The notes under the pieces are model-generated. The model was not told the DNA's origin, searched no databases, and worked only from the letters and a program-made list of their open reading frames with translations. From positions 1,536,001 to 1,600,000 of the forward strand of contig OZ244042.1 in NCBI GenBank assembly GCA_965215015.1: 64,000 nucleotides of DNA, given 5' to 3'. Of this stretch, positions 10,824 through 19,593 are shown one piece after another; within the stretch, counting starts at the first letter, position 1; every line of letters begins with the position of its first letter. The DNA is from Candidatus Poribacteria bacterium. GTDB taxonomy: Bacteria; Poribacteria; WGA-4E; PCPOR2b. Both the position numbers and the translations under genes were made by a program.

Positions 10824-11876
10824 TCAATGCCCCGGCGGAAGCGGCAGATCCACACGCACATTTCCGCGCTCTTGCGACTTGAGGAATCCGATGATAATCT
10901 CGACCACTTTCTTCCCTTCCGATGCAGGAGAGAGCAACTCACCGCCGTTTTCTATCACTCGAATGAGCTCCTCGACACAGGCAGGAATACCGATTTTCAT
11001 GTGTGATGGTAGATCGAGGAGTTCAGATTTGCCGGGGCCGGACGACAAAGCCACTGTGTTTTCCACATCCAGACGTCCCTCCTCGCCGATAACCTCAAGG
11101 CAAAAGCCACTCGCCTGCCCCTTCGATCCATTCACAAATGCACGGACACCGTTCTTAAAATGGATGTATCCACTGCCACCCGGGTCGCCAGCAGGGCTAC
11201 GTCCACCATCTCCGCGATAGGAAAAGTAATCCTCAAAACCCTCGTCTAACTCTGCGAATACCCACGCCGGCTCCGATTCAGCAAAGAAACAGATACCGTC
11301 AATCAGGTGCGTACCGTTACGGAACAACATGGCTCTCGGCCCGCCCATGTGACCAATGATGCGGCGAACACCGCCGATTGCCCCTTCACGGATTGCTTGA
11401 CGGGCGCGATGATAGGCAGGCCACCACCGCCGCGTGTGATCCACTGAAATTGGTACGCCTTTCGCCTCACAAGCGGCAATCATGCGATTACAGTCGTCAA
11501 CCGTGGTGGCAAGCGGTTTTTCGCAGACAATGCCCTTTATTCCGGCGTTTGCTGCGTCAACCACAATATCGGTGTGGCGATTGTCAGAGGTGACAACACT
11601 GAGGATGTCAAGGCTCTCTTTTTCAAGCATCTCGCGGTAGTCTGTATAGGTCCGCACGTCAGGAAGCACATCGCCCCACCGTTCCCTAAACTGGTCAAAT
11701 AGCTCCGTTTTCAGTTCGCATACCGCGACCAGGTCTGTGTGCGGAAGTGCTGCGTAAGATGCAACATGCGAACCCGGCATCGGGGTGTTCAGCACCAACT
11801 GTGAATCCGCCTCCAAGCGATTTGCTGCAATCCCCGTTAGCCCTACCACGCCGGTTCGGTATCTCTTTTCTGCCAT
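10824..11876 (-). CDS. Gfo/Idh/MocA family oxidoreductase
   Basis: N-terminal Rossmann-like region, CEKPLA and GTHLID motifs. Confidence 0.85.
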   Translation of the reverse strand: MAEKRYRTGVVGLTGIAANRLEADSQLVLNTPMPGSHVASYAALPHTDLVAVCELKTELFDQFRERWGDVLPDVRTYTDYREMLEKESLDILSVVTSDNRHTDIVVDAANAGIKGIVCEKPLATTVDDCNRMIAACEAKGVPISVDHTRRWWPAYHRARQAIREGAIGGVRRIIGHMGGPRAMLFRNGTHLIDGICFFAESEPAWVFAELDEGFEDYFSYRGDGGRSPAGDPGGSGYIHFKNGVRAFVNGSKGQASGFCLEVIGEEGRLDVENTVALSSGPGKSELLDLPSHMKIGIPACVEELIRVIENGGELLSPASEGKKVVEIIIGFLKSQERGNVRVDLPLPPGH

Positions 11877-12103
11877 CCCTGATTCTCCTTATCAGTTTGT
11901 GTAGAATACGTTCCCCTCATTATACGTAATTGAGGAATGTTGGTCAATACAAAAACAATCCTCAAAGCATAGAGACAACGTTTTGGCATTGAGATCCATT
12001 TCAGATTGTGCAAGCAGTTCAATTTGCCCCTTGTCGGCCACGATTGGGAACCATTGGCAAAATCGCGTCCCATTTATTTTTGCATGAATTTCATTTTTTA
12101 GTA

Positions 12104-12165
12104 AAAAAAGAGCTAAACTTTTTGAATTGAGCGCAATATAATAAGTGTAGGCGGAATTAATCCTG
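12104..12165 (+). promoter_or_regulatory. Cassette promoter block, copy 1 (TAAACT-N17-TATAAT)
   Basis: 62 nt identical to 13973-14034; diverged copy at 15177-15232 upstream of the sigma gene. Confidence 0.6.
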
Positions 12166-12237
12166 CTAAATTGCAAAGAGCCTACGAGTGAAGTGATGTT
12201 TTGAGGCGGTCTGAGTGGCTGTCCTCAAATATAATAA
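12165..12237 (+). pseudogene. Sigma-factor 3' tail remnant plus conserved downstream hairpin
   Basis: GCTAAATTGCAAAGAGCCTAC..GAGTGAAGTGATGTTTTGAGGCGGTCTGAGTGGCTGTCCTCAAATATAATAA aligns with 15896-15980. Confidence 0.7.
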
Positions 12238-12306
12238 GGGTAGAGGCAGTCGAACCATCTGTCGCCTCTCACATTTTCACCTCGTTTTACCAGGAGGAGA
12301 TTCATC

Positions 12307-12846
12307 ATGACACGCCTAAAGCAACACCCGAAAGCATTTGTGTTTGTCAGTTTGTTAGCACTGGCATTGGTACTAACCGGCACTGCCATCTTTGGAGCAG
12401 CGAGGGGGGGTACTTTTAGCAGCGATGGATACAGCGGAGCTTGGGAGGTCTCGGTGTACAATTTGTCCTATAACCCCGACACCTATAGAACAAGCAGTAA
12501 CCATCGATATCTCCTCGAAAACGACGGTGAGGAAGGGAAGGTCCTCAAGCGGAAGTATACCTTTAGCCATCAATTGGTCACACCGGAAGGCAATCTAATC
12601 TACGACGCAAACGGCAATCCCAAGGTAGAGCGGGTCGAATCAGCTATTGGGGCACCGTTGCCGCCGGGGGCGTACCAGGAGCATTCGGAGACCCTCGGTG
12701 TAAGTGTTGCTGATTTAGCCGATGGCACCATGTTTAAGATTCGAGCGTATACGCGGCTTACTATCTATAAGGCCACGCTGGGAGCTCCCCTAGCTCAACC
12801 AGAGGTCGATGAAGAGTCCGCTGTATTTACAAAGGAGGAGGAGTAG
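12307..12846 (+). CDS. Secreted hypothetical protein
   Basis: SD AGGAGGAG; basic then hydrophobic signal peptide; no recognisable domain. Confidence 0.7.
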   Translation: MTRLKQHPKAFVFVSLLALALVLTGTAIFGAARGGTFSSDGYSGAWEVSVYNLSYNPDTYRTSSNHRYLLENDGEEGKVLKRKYTFSHQLVTPEGNLIYDANGNPKVERVESAIGAPLPPGAYQEHSETLGVSVADLADGTMFKIRAYTRLTIYKATLGAPLAQPEVDEESAVFTKEEE

Positions 12847-12848
12847 CA

Positions 12849-13814
12849 ATGCGTCTGTCAATTCTCGTGATCAGCTTTTTGCTGGTCACGAGCACCCTTC
12901 AGGGCAAAATTGTCTTTACTTCCTCTCGAGACGGAAGTGGTGAAATCTACGTGATGAGTTCATACGGGAACGGTCAAACGCGCCTGACGGACAATGAAGA
13001 AGCTGATAGTTTTCCAGTCTGGTCCCCCAATGGTCGGCAGATTGTATTCAATAGACTGACATACAATAGAAAGGGGGATAGGAACAACGAGGTTTACCTG
13101 ATGGACGCCGATGGCGGCAACCAGATTAACCTGACTCATCATCCGGCGTTTGATAGCTTTCCCGACTGGTCTCCCGATGGTTCGCAGATTGCCTTTCTGA
13201 GCGATAGGGATGACAGGGGTAATCCTAACATCTACGTGATGGATGCCGATGGTGGCAACGTCACACAGATAACGCACCTCGAATGGGCGGGTCCCCCGAT
13301 GTGGTCTCCTGACGGGAGGTCTATCGCCTTTCAAGTGAGCATAGACCGACAAGGACAGCAGGTCTATGTGATGGACGCCGATGGGAGCAACCGATGGCAG
13401 GTGTCAGCACCGCTCCCCAATAGGACGATGTACTGCCAGGGTTGGTCTCCGGATGGGAGACAGATTTTGTATACGGGGTTCCTGGGTGGTCTGGTAATAG
13501 ACTCAATGGTGATGATCGCGACGCTTTCTCTGAAGCGGCGTAAGGCAGTTAGGCATGAGCAGGTGCCGAAACCGGACGAGCTGCAAACGACAGGTTGTGC
13601 ATGGGGAGCTGATGGAAGGTCAATTCTTATTACTTTAAGAAAACCGGGTGAGAAAAAAGGGGATATTTACCGGTTCAGTCTCCCAGATGGGCCGCTCACC
13701 CAGTTGACCGATCATCCTGCTGCTGATTACGCTCCTAGAGAATGGAATCCTCGTCTGTCGGTTTCGCCACGGGAGTTGGCTCCCAAGCGTTGGGTGGAGA
13801 TTAAATCGAACTGA
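12849..13814 (+). CDS. Secreted TolB-like (PD40) beta-propeller, copy 1
   Basis: Repeated IYVMDADG...LT...P.WSPDG..IAF units; signal peptide; ends LSVSPRELAPKRWVEIK. Confidence 0.9.
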   Translation: MRLSILVISFLLVTSTLQGKIVFTSSRDGSGEIYVMSSYGNGQTRLTDNEEADSFPVWSPNGRQIVFNRLTYNRKGDRNNEVYLMDADGGNQINLTHHPAFDSFPDWSPDGSQIAFLSDRDDRGNPNIYVMDADGGNVTQITHLEWAGPPMWSPDGRSIAFQVSIDRQGQQVYVMDADGSNRWQVSAPLPNRTMYCQGWSPDGRQILYTGFLGGLVIDSMVMIATLSLKRRKAVRHEQVPKPDELQTTGCAWGADGRSILITLRKPGEKKGDIYRFSLPDGPLTQLTDHPAADYAPREWNPRLSVSPRELAPKRWVEIKSN

Positions 13815-13868
13815 CCTCATCACCGAGGGGTTGGGTTGCCCCCAATCCCTCCCATTCCTTAACCCTTT

Positions 13869-13960
13869 GGCTCATGTTAAGAAATGGTGCAACAGCCTCC
13901 GAGTTTTTTCGGAAAAGCTCGTTTGCTGTTCGCGCTTTGCACTCTCTTTTGACATGAGCG
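13869..13960. mobile_element. Family A MITE-like element
   Basis: GGCTCATGTTAA ... TTGACATGAGC inverted ends. Confidence 0.7.
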
Positions 13961-13972
13961 TCATTTTTTTGC

Positions 13973-14034
13973 AAAAAAGAGCTAAACTTTTTGAATTGAG
14001 CGCAATATAATAAGTGTAGGCGGAATTAATCCTG
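13973..14034 (+). promoter_or_regulatory. Cassette promoter block, copy 2
   Basis: Identical to 12104-12165; joined directly to the RBS of the second propeller gene. Confidence 0.6.
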
Positions 14035-14053
14035 GTAAAGAGGAGGAGTAGCA

Positions 14054-15019
14054 ATGCGTCTGTCAATTCTCGTGATCAGCTTTTTGCTGGTCACGAGCAC
14101 CCTTCAGGGCAAAATTGTTTTTACTTCTTATCGAGACGGCAACGGTGAAATCTACGTGATGAGCTCATACGGAAACGGTCAAACGCGCCTGACGGACAAC
14201 GAAGAAGCTGATGATTTTCCAGCCTGGTCCCCCAATGGTCGGCAGATTGTATTCAATAGACTGACATACAATAGAAAGGGGGAGGGGAACAACGAGGTTT
14301 ACCTGATGGACGCCGATGGCGGCAACCAGATTAACCTGACTCATCATCCGGCGTTTGATAACTTTCCCGACTGGTCTCCCGATGGTTCGCAGATTGCCTT
14401 TCTGAGCGATAGGGATGACAGGGGTAATCCTAACATCTACGTGATGGATGCCGATGGTGGCAACGTCACACAGATAACGCACCTCGAATGGGCGGGTCCC
14501 CCGATGTGGTCTCCTGACGGGAGGTCTATCGCCTTTCAAGTGACCATAGACCACCAAGGACAGCAGGTCTATGTGATGGACGCCGATGGGAGCAACCGAT
14601 GGCAGGTGTCAGCACCGCTCCCCAATAGGACGATGTACTGCCAGGGTTGGTCTCCGGATGGGAGACAGATTTTGTATACGGGTTTCCTGGGTGGTCTGGT
14701 AATAGACTCAATGGTGATGATTGCGACGCTTTCTCTGAAGCGGCGTAAGGCAGTTAGGCATGAACAGGTGCCGAAACCGGACGAGCTGCAAACGACAGGT
14801 TGTGCATGGGGAGCTGATGGAAGGTCAATTCTCATTGCTTTAAGAAAACCGGGTGAGGAGGAAGGGGATATTTACCGGTTCAGTCTCCCAGATGGGCCGC
14901 TCACCCAGTTGACCGATCACCCTGGTTCTGATTACAGTCCTCACGAATGGAATCCTCGGCTGTCGGTTTCGCCACAGGGGTTGGCTCCCAAGCGTTGGGT
15001 GGAGATTAAATCGAACTGA
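14054..15019 (+). CDS. Secreted TolB-like (PD40) beta-propeller, copy 2 (tandem duplicate)
   Basis: Same length as 12849-13814 and near-identical, with an offset of 1205 bp. Confidence 0.9.
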   Translation: MRLSILVISFLLVTSTLQGKIVFTSYRDGNGEIYVMSSYGNGQTRLTDNEEADDFPAWSPNGRQIVFNRLTYNRKGEGNNEVYLMDADGGNQINLTHHPAFDNFPDWSPDGSQIAFLSDRDDRGNPNIYVMDADGGNVTQITHLEWAGPPMWSPDGRSIAFQVTIDHQGQQVYVMDADGSNRWQVSAPLPNRTMYCQGWSPDGRQILYTGFLGGLVIDSMVMIATLSLKRRKAVRHEQVPKPDELQTTGCAWGADGRSILIALRKPGEEEGDIYRFSLPDGPLTQLTDHPGSDYSPHEWNPRLSVSPQGLAPKRWVEIKSN

Positions 15020-15072
15020 CACCCTCACCGAGGGGTTGGGTTGCCCCAATCCCTCCCATTCCTTAATCCTTT

Positions 15073-15164
15073 GGCTCATGTTAAGACAGAGTGCAACAGC
15101 CTCCGAGTTTTTTCGGAAAAGCTCGGTTGCTGTTCGCGCTTTGCACTCTCTTTTGACATGAGCG
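15073..15164. mobile_element. Family A MITE-like element (part of the duplicated unit)
   Basis: Near-identical to 13869-13960. Confidence 0.7.
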
Positions 15165-15176
15165 TCATTTTTTTCT

Positions 15177-15232
15177 AAAAAAGAGCTACACTTTTTCAAT
15201 TGAACGTAATATAATAAGTCTAGGCAGACTTA
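15177..15232 (+). promoter_or_regulatory. Cassette promoter block, copy 3 (diverged; TACACT-N17-TATAAT)
   Basis: AAAAAAGAGCTACACTTTTTCAATTGAACGTAATATAATAAGTCTAGGCAGA aligns with copies 1 and 2. Confidence 0.55.
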
Positions 15233-15277
15233 ACTCAAAAATGATGGGAACGAACCAACTTTTCTGTAGTAGGAGGA

Positions 15278-15946
15278 ATGATCATGATACAACAACGAGG
15301 TCCACACAATTCGGGAAAGTGCCCGTTTCATATCGATCCTGCATCGCCCTTATCCGCAGAAAAATCCATCGATCGCTGTGTGGCGTGTGTCACCTGCGGG
15401 AACCAACGACTTCAGAGCTTGAAAGAGGACTTTCGTCAAATAGCGTATCAGACAATCCTTGAAGAGAGACCAAAGTATGACCCGACACACCCAAGTGGTG
15501 CGAGTTTTATCACGTTTATTCGTTCCCGGGTTTGTGGCAAACTCCGGGATCAAAGAAAGAAGCATCTCAAGTCGATTCCGTTTCTAGTCCTTGAGGAATC
15601 AAGTCGCCTTGAATCCCAATCTTATTGGGCAGACGCGCCACAACCTCCGAACAATCCATTGGTTGATGGGTTGGTAGCCGATGCGTGCCAATGTGAAGGC
15701 GTCAGTGAACAGGTGGTTCGCAGGGTTGAGGTTGAGCAATTCGAGCGGTTGCTTCCACAGCTCCTAGAGCGTTTGTCCAAACAGGAACGGAGGACCTTGA
15801 AGTTGAAATTTTTTGAGGGTTTCACGACAGTTGAGATAGCCGAAGTCCTTGGTGTGACGAAGGGGCGTGTGAGTCAAATCAACAACGCAGCACTTGCTAA
15901 ATTGAAAAGAGCCTACCTTTACTCATCGAGTGAAGCGATGGTTTGA
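15278..15946 (+). CDS. FliA/WhiG-like (group 3 sigma-70) RNA polymerase sigma factor with Cys/His-rich N-terminus
   Basis: Region 2-like YDP..SGASFITFIRSRVCGKLRD; region 4 LSKQERRTLKLKFFEGFTTVEIAEVLGVTKGRVSQINNAALAKLK. Confidence 0.85.
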   Translation: MIMIQQRGPHNSGKCPFHIDPASPLSAEKSIDRCVACVTCGNQRLQSLKEDFRQIAYQTILEERPKYDPTHPSGASFITFIRSRVCGKLRDQRKKHLKSIPFLVLEESSRLESQSYWADAPQPPNNPLVDGLVADACQCEGVSEQVVRRVEVEQFERLLPQLLERLSKQERRTLKLKFFEGFTTVEIAEVLGVTKGRVSQINNAALAKLKRAYLYSSSEAMV

Positions 15947-16154
15947 GGTGGTCCGAGGGACTGTTCTGAAAAATAATAAATGCCAAAGTATATGCTAAGA
16001 TTAATTATGGTAGTGCCGATTCTGGCCCCTGTGGTCATAACATTATCATAAAACATGTTGGCGATAGTGTCATTTAAGGTGTCGTAAGTGCTTAGGTCAG
16101 TGTTTATGATAGAAAGGGCAAATGGCAGTTCAAACCATCAGCTCACACCGCAGC

Positions 16155-16194
16155 AAAAAAGCCCCATCTCTTTGATCCGGATGGGGCTTTTTTT
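16155..16194. terminator. Bidirectional intrinsic terminator
   Basis: AAAAAA-GCCCCATC-loop-GATGGGGC-TTTTTTT. Confidence 0.8.
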
Positions 16195-16317
16195 GTGCGA
16201 CAAAATGGCTTTAATTTTTCAGTGAAATTTGATACACTTGGGCAGGATTAAAGGATTTTTCTCATTATCTCGAAAATCGTGTTACTCCCAACCGATATTG
16301 ACAATTGGAGGAGACTG

Positions 16318-16962
16318 ATGAGTTTTGCTATCTACGATTATCACACCGACATTCGCAACGTACTGATCACCCCACAGATTCGCTCCCGTTTTTTGCGGAT
16401 GGAGCCCGGTCAAGTCGCCGATATTCACAGCCATGACTTGGGACATGAAATTTTCCTAATCCTCGAAGGACGGGTCATATTTGAGATTGGTGACGGGGTT
16501 GAGAAGCTGGGGCCCGGTCAAATGTGCGTTGCGCTAGCCGACGAGGTGCACCGAGTGCGCGTAATCGGGGACGAACCGATGATTATGTACCTTTCGGTGA
16601 CACCCCATATCCATCCGACCCATACCCCGCGGACGGAGGACGGAGAGCGACTGCCGCATCAGTTCGCACCGCCCAACGCCTATAACCTAGCGGAGGACAC
16701 AAGCCAACCCATTGAGGAACTGATTGATCACCACGTTGAGGTCGCTGAGAGTCTTGCGGAGGCAGCCCAAACCTGTGCCCGCGTTCAGAAAGAGATGGGT
16801 GCCAAACTCAAGGGGATTCTCGCTGATGGAGATAATCGCGCTGCCGTTGCAGCGCGGAAAGCGATGTGGGAGGGTGTCTATACGATGTTCAAGAAGGTTT
16901 ACGAATTTGGCGAAGTATGGAACGAGCTTGCGCCACGGGCGGCAGAGAACGAACCGGAATAG
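16318..16962 (+). CDS. Cupin domain protein with helical C-terminal extension
   Basis: HSHDLGHEIFLILEG...LGPG...DEVH cupin motifs; SD GGAGGAG. Confidence 0.8.
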   Translation: MSFAIYDYHTDIRNVLITPQIRSRFLRMEPGQVADIHSHDLGHEIFLILEGRVIFEIGDGVEKLGPGQMCVALADEVHRVRVIGDEPMIMYLSVTPHIHPTHTPRTEDGERLPHQFAPPNAYNLAEDTSQPIEELIDHHVEVAESLAEAAQTCARVQKEMGAKLKGILADGDNRAAVAARKAMWEGVYTMFKKVYEFGEVWNELAPRAAENEPE

Positions 16963-17043
16963 CAGGGCTTTTGTATGGTGAGGGTATACCGCCCCTGGAT
17001 CTTGGATTTGGCAATCCAAGCTGAGCGAAGCAGAAAATTGGTT

Positions 17044-18244
17044 TTATTCCAGGTTTTCCGCACATCTTGTATCGGCACCAACAGTGAGCACCCCTCCTAC
17101 CAGATTTCCATGACAATGGTTGGCAACGATGAGGTTCCTATCACTCGTCCCACTTTCTTCAATGCCGTACGCTTGCGTCTGCACGGACCGATCATCAAGG
17201 CATCTGTTGCCGGTGACCGTCATCCCGGTGACATCTATCAGGGCGATTCCGCTATATCTGCCGGGTTCCTCCTGTGAATTGTTTAAACAGATATTGCTGT
17301 TGATTGCATTATCGCTGCCCCGAGAGGCCTCGATGCCGTGCCGACCATTGTTGACACAGGTGTTGTTGGCGACCACGTTGTACTGGTCGCCGCCATCTGC
17401 CAAGCCCCCGATGCCATGCCGCCCATTGCCGTAAAAAGTGCTTTCGCTGACAACAGAGTGGCGGACATACATACAGAAATAGAGTCCATCACGACCATTA
17501 TTCCGCCCGATGTTGTTCGCCCAGAGGCTGTGCTGGACGGACGTACCGGGGTGGAAGCCGTGTCCTAAGCAGCCTTCGGCGAGGCAATCGCTGACAATCG
17601 CCCCGACACCTCCCTGAACGCTTATGCCATCCGCGGGCCAATGTTGTACGACACATCCTCTCACCCGGGCGTCTATTGTCCGCACCAGATGAACAGCAGA
17701 CACAGTAAAGTCCACGAAAACACGCTGACCGGTTGTGTTGCCGCCATCAATGCAGAGCGATTCCAATTCACAACCGCGCTCTTCCCAACCCACGAATGCT
17801 GAGAAAGCGTGAGCAACCATGCCATTTCGGTCTGGATGGCAGGGGCGATTGATGGGTCGATCCAGATGGAGCCTGTTTTCACTGATGTCCACAATGAAAG
17901 CATGTGTGGCGTACCAACCATATTGCGCCGTATCGAACACGGTGACTTCCATGCCAACGGCGAATGCCGATTCGTTTTCAACGTGGACAGCAGTCTCACC
18001 TGCCTGGGCTTCGCTCATAAGTAGAGAGGAAACCTCTGGTGCACGAGCGATGCGACTGGATTGCCCGGTGCCGCGGATAGTAACGTTAGAACGCAGCCGT
18101 ACATGACGGTTCAGGGTATATACCCCTGGTGGTACCCAGACAATGCCCCCCACTCTTGGGGAGGGCATCAATCGCCTCTTGAAGTCCGGAAGTGAAAGAG
18201 TCTTTCTCGTCAAAATCGGTCACATTTTGAGTGGCTGCTATCAT
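17044..18244 (-). pseudogene. Right-handed beta-helix (pectate lyase-like) protein, frameshifted in a G6 tract
   Basis: ATG at 18244 gives MIAATQNVTDF...GLQEAIDALPKSG, which joins GIVWVPPGVY only if one G at 18146-18151 is removed; many NN.C.NNG..GI repeats follow. Confidence 0.75.
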
Positions 18245-18412
18245 GATTCCTGTGCCCACTTTTTTTAAGTATTATCCGCGAATTGCATATATCGCCCCGC
18301 TGGGGTTACGTTGGTTCATCTGTGCAATTACTGAACTTTTAAGCTAATGCCCCCTTGAACCCAATGGGTCATGGTACCGAGGTTACGGCATAGGGGTATA
18401 CCTACTACTAGG

Positions 18413-18735
18413 TTCTGTTGACATTTGACAAATTGAACCGATCTCCGTCCGAGGGTTTTCAATCTGATGCACCCCGATAAGATTGGGATTCAGAGGAACT
18501 TGAGACGCTTGCAGACTTCTGTCGGTCGAGTTTCCAAAATCAACAGGCTTATGTCGAGATTGGATGAGATGCCGCGCATAGGCTTGACAAATCTACTGCA
18601 CAACAGAATACCAGACACTATGAGGCGATAATCCTGGCTCAATCGGCCCGGGACATTGCGCTAGAGGCCGGAGGTTTATGGATTGGATATGTCTATCCAA
18701 GCGGAACGGGTTTATCAACTAGCTACTTGGGTTAT
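18413..18735. repeat. Family B/D composite repeat (long copy)
   Basis: Aligns in reverse with about 51985-52290 and ends CAACTAGCTACTTGGGTTAT. Confidence 0.75.
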
Positions 18736-18741
18736 TATATA

Positions 18742-19533
18742 TCAGAGCTGCTCATCACTGACCCTCTGAATCCAGGCCCGCGTCCACTCAACGGTTTCTA
18801 ATTCTAAATCGCAGATACAACTGGCGAGGAAAATCATGCCATCAATACGACCCTCCCGGAGCCATTGCAGCCCGATTTCACACTGATGCTGCATCAAGTC
18901 GACTGGCATCGGTTGACCATTGCCGTAATCGTACATGTAGCAGCCGAGCACTTTACGGGACGACGAGGCAATCTCTTCAGCACGCTGGAAATTTTTCTCT
19001 AACCCCACCAATTGCTCAGCAGCCCATGTCCAGAAGGTGACGACATCACAAATTTCCAAATACGGACCGACAGGATGTTCAAGCTGGTGGTTGTAGAGCA
19101 CAACCCACAGATCTAATTTCCGCTCCGCCACGGTTAGCTGTTTTTGAATGGCATTCAGCGATTCGACACTATGGACAGCGACCTTGCCCGTCGCCGGATC
19201 ACTGAAGAAATCGTCCATCATCACGCCGGTAAAATTCGGGAATTTTGCTGCTAGATTGCGCGCTGCTTCCACTTCGTAATTCTCGGTGGCACCAGCTGCA
19301 CCAACGATGGACCAGACTACCTGTTTCAGGGGGCGAAACGCTAGCGCGTACTGTTCAAACGGCGGTTGCGGTAGATCATGATAGCGCACCAATATGATAT
19401 TCGGCACGTTAAGATAAAAAGCACCCTCTGCCGGTGTCATTCGTGAAGGTGCTGTCAATCCATATTGATCATTGTGGCTCCCGGCATCATGCCCCCAGAT
19501 CCACAATTTATCCCTCACAATACCATTTCCCAT
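18742..19533 (-). CDS. Hypothetical protein (possible TIM-barrel hydrolase-like)
   Basis: 263-aa ORF with SD AGGAGG; GVMMDDFF motif; function not assignable. Confidence 0.6.
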   Translation of the reverse strand: MGNGIVRDKLWIWGHDAGSHNDQYGLTAPSRMTPAEGAFYLNVPNIILVRYHDLPQPPFEQYALAFRPLKQVVWSIVGAAGATENYEVEAARNLAAKFPNFTGVMMDDFFSDPATGKVAVHSVESLNAIQKQLTVAERKLDLWVVLYNHQLEHPVGPYLEICDVVTFWTWAAEQLVGLEKNFQRAEEIASSSRKVLGCYMYDYGNGQPMPVDLMQHQCEIGLQWLREGRIDGMIFLASCICDLELETVEWTRAWIQRVSDEQL

Positions 19534-19593
19534 TACGTCGCCTCCTTGGGTACCTTACCCTCACTTTTCATCTTCTCTGAAGGATGGCACTGT

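Noticed and set aside
11843-12176. Short minus-strand ORFs (76 and 94 aa) and similar ORFs over repeats, such as 13872-14066 and 14840-15199
   Set aside because: They are translations of promoter blocks and repeat elements with no protein-like motifs
12849-15019. Diversity-generating retroelement TR/VR pair
   Set aside because: Both copies are full genes, the differences are not adenine-specific, and no reverse transcriptase is in the window
15278-15946. RNA-guided sigma system (dCas12f/TnpB-sigma type)
   Set aside because: No intact TnpB or Cas12f-like gene is adjacent; the TnpB relics are 6-11 kb away and decayed
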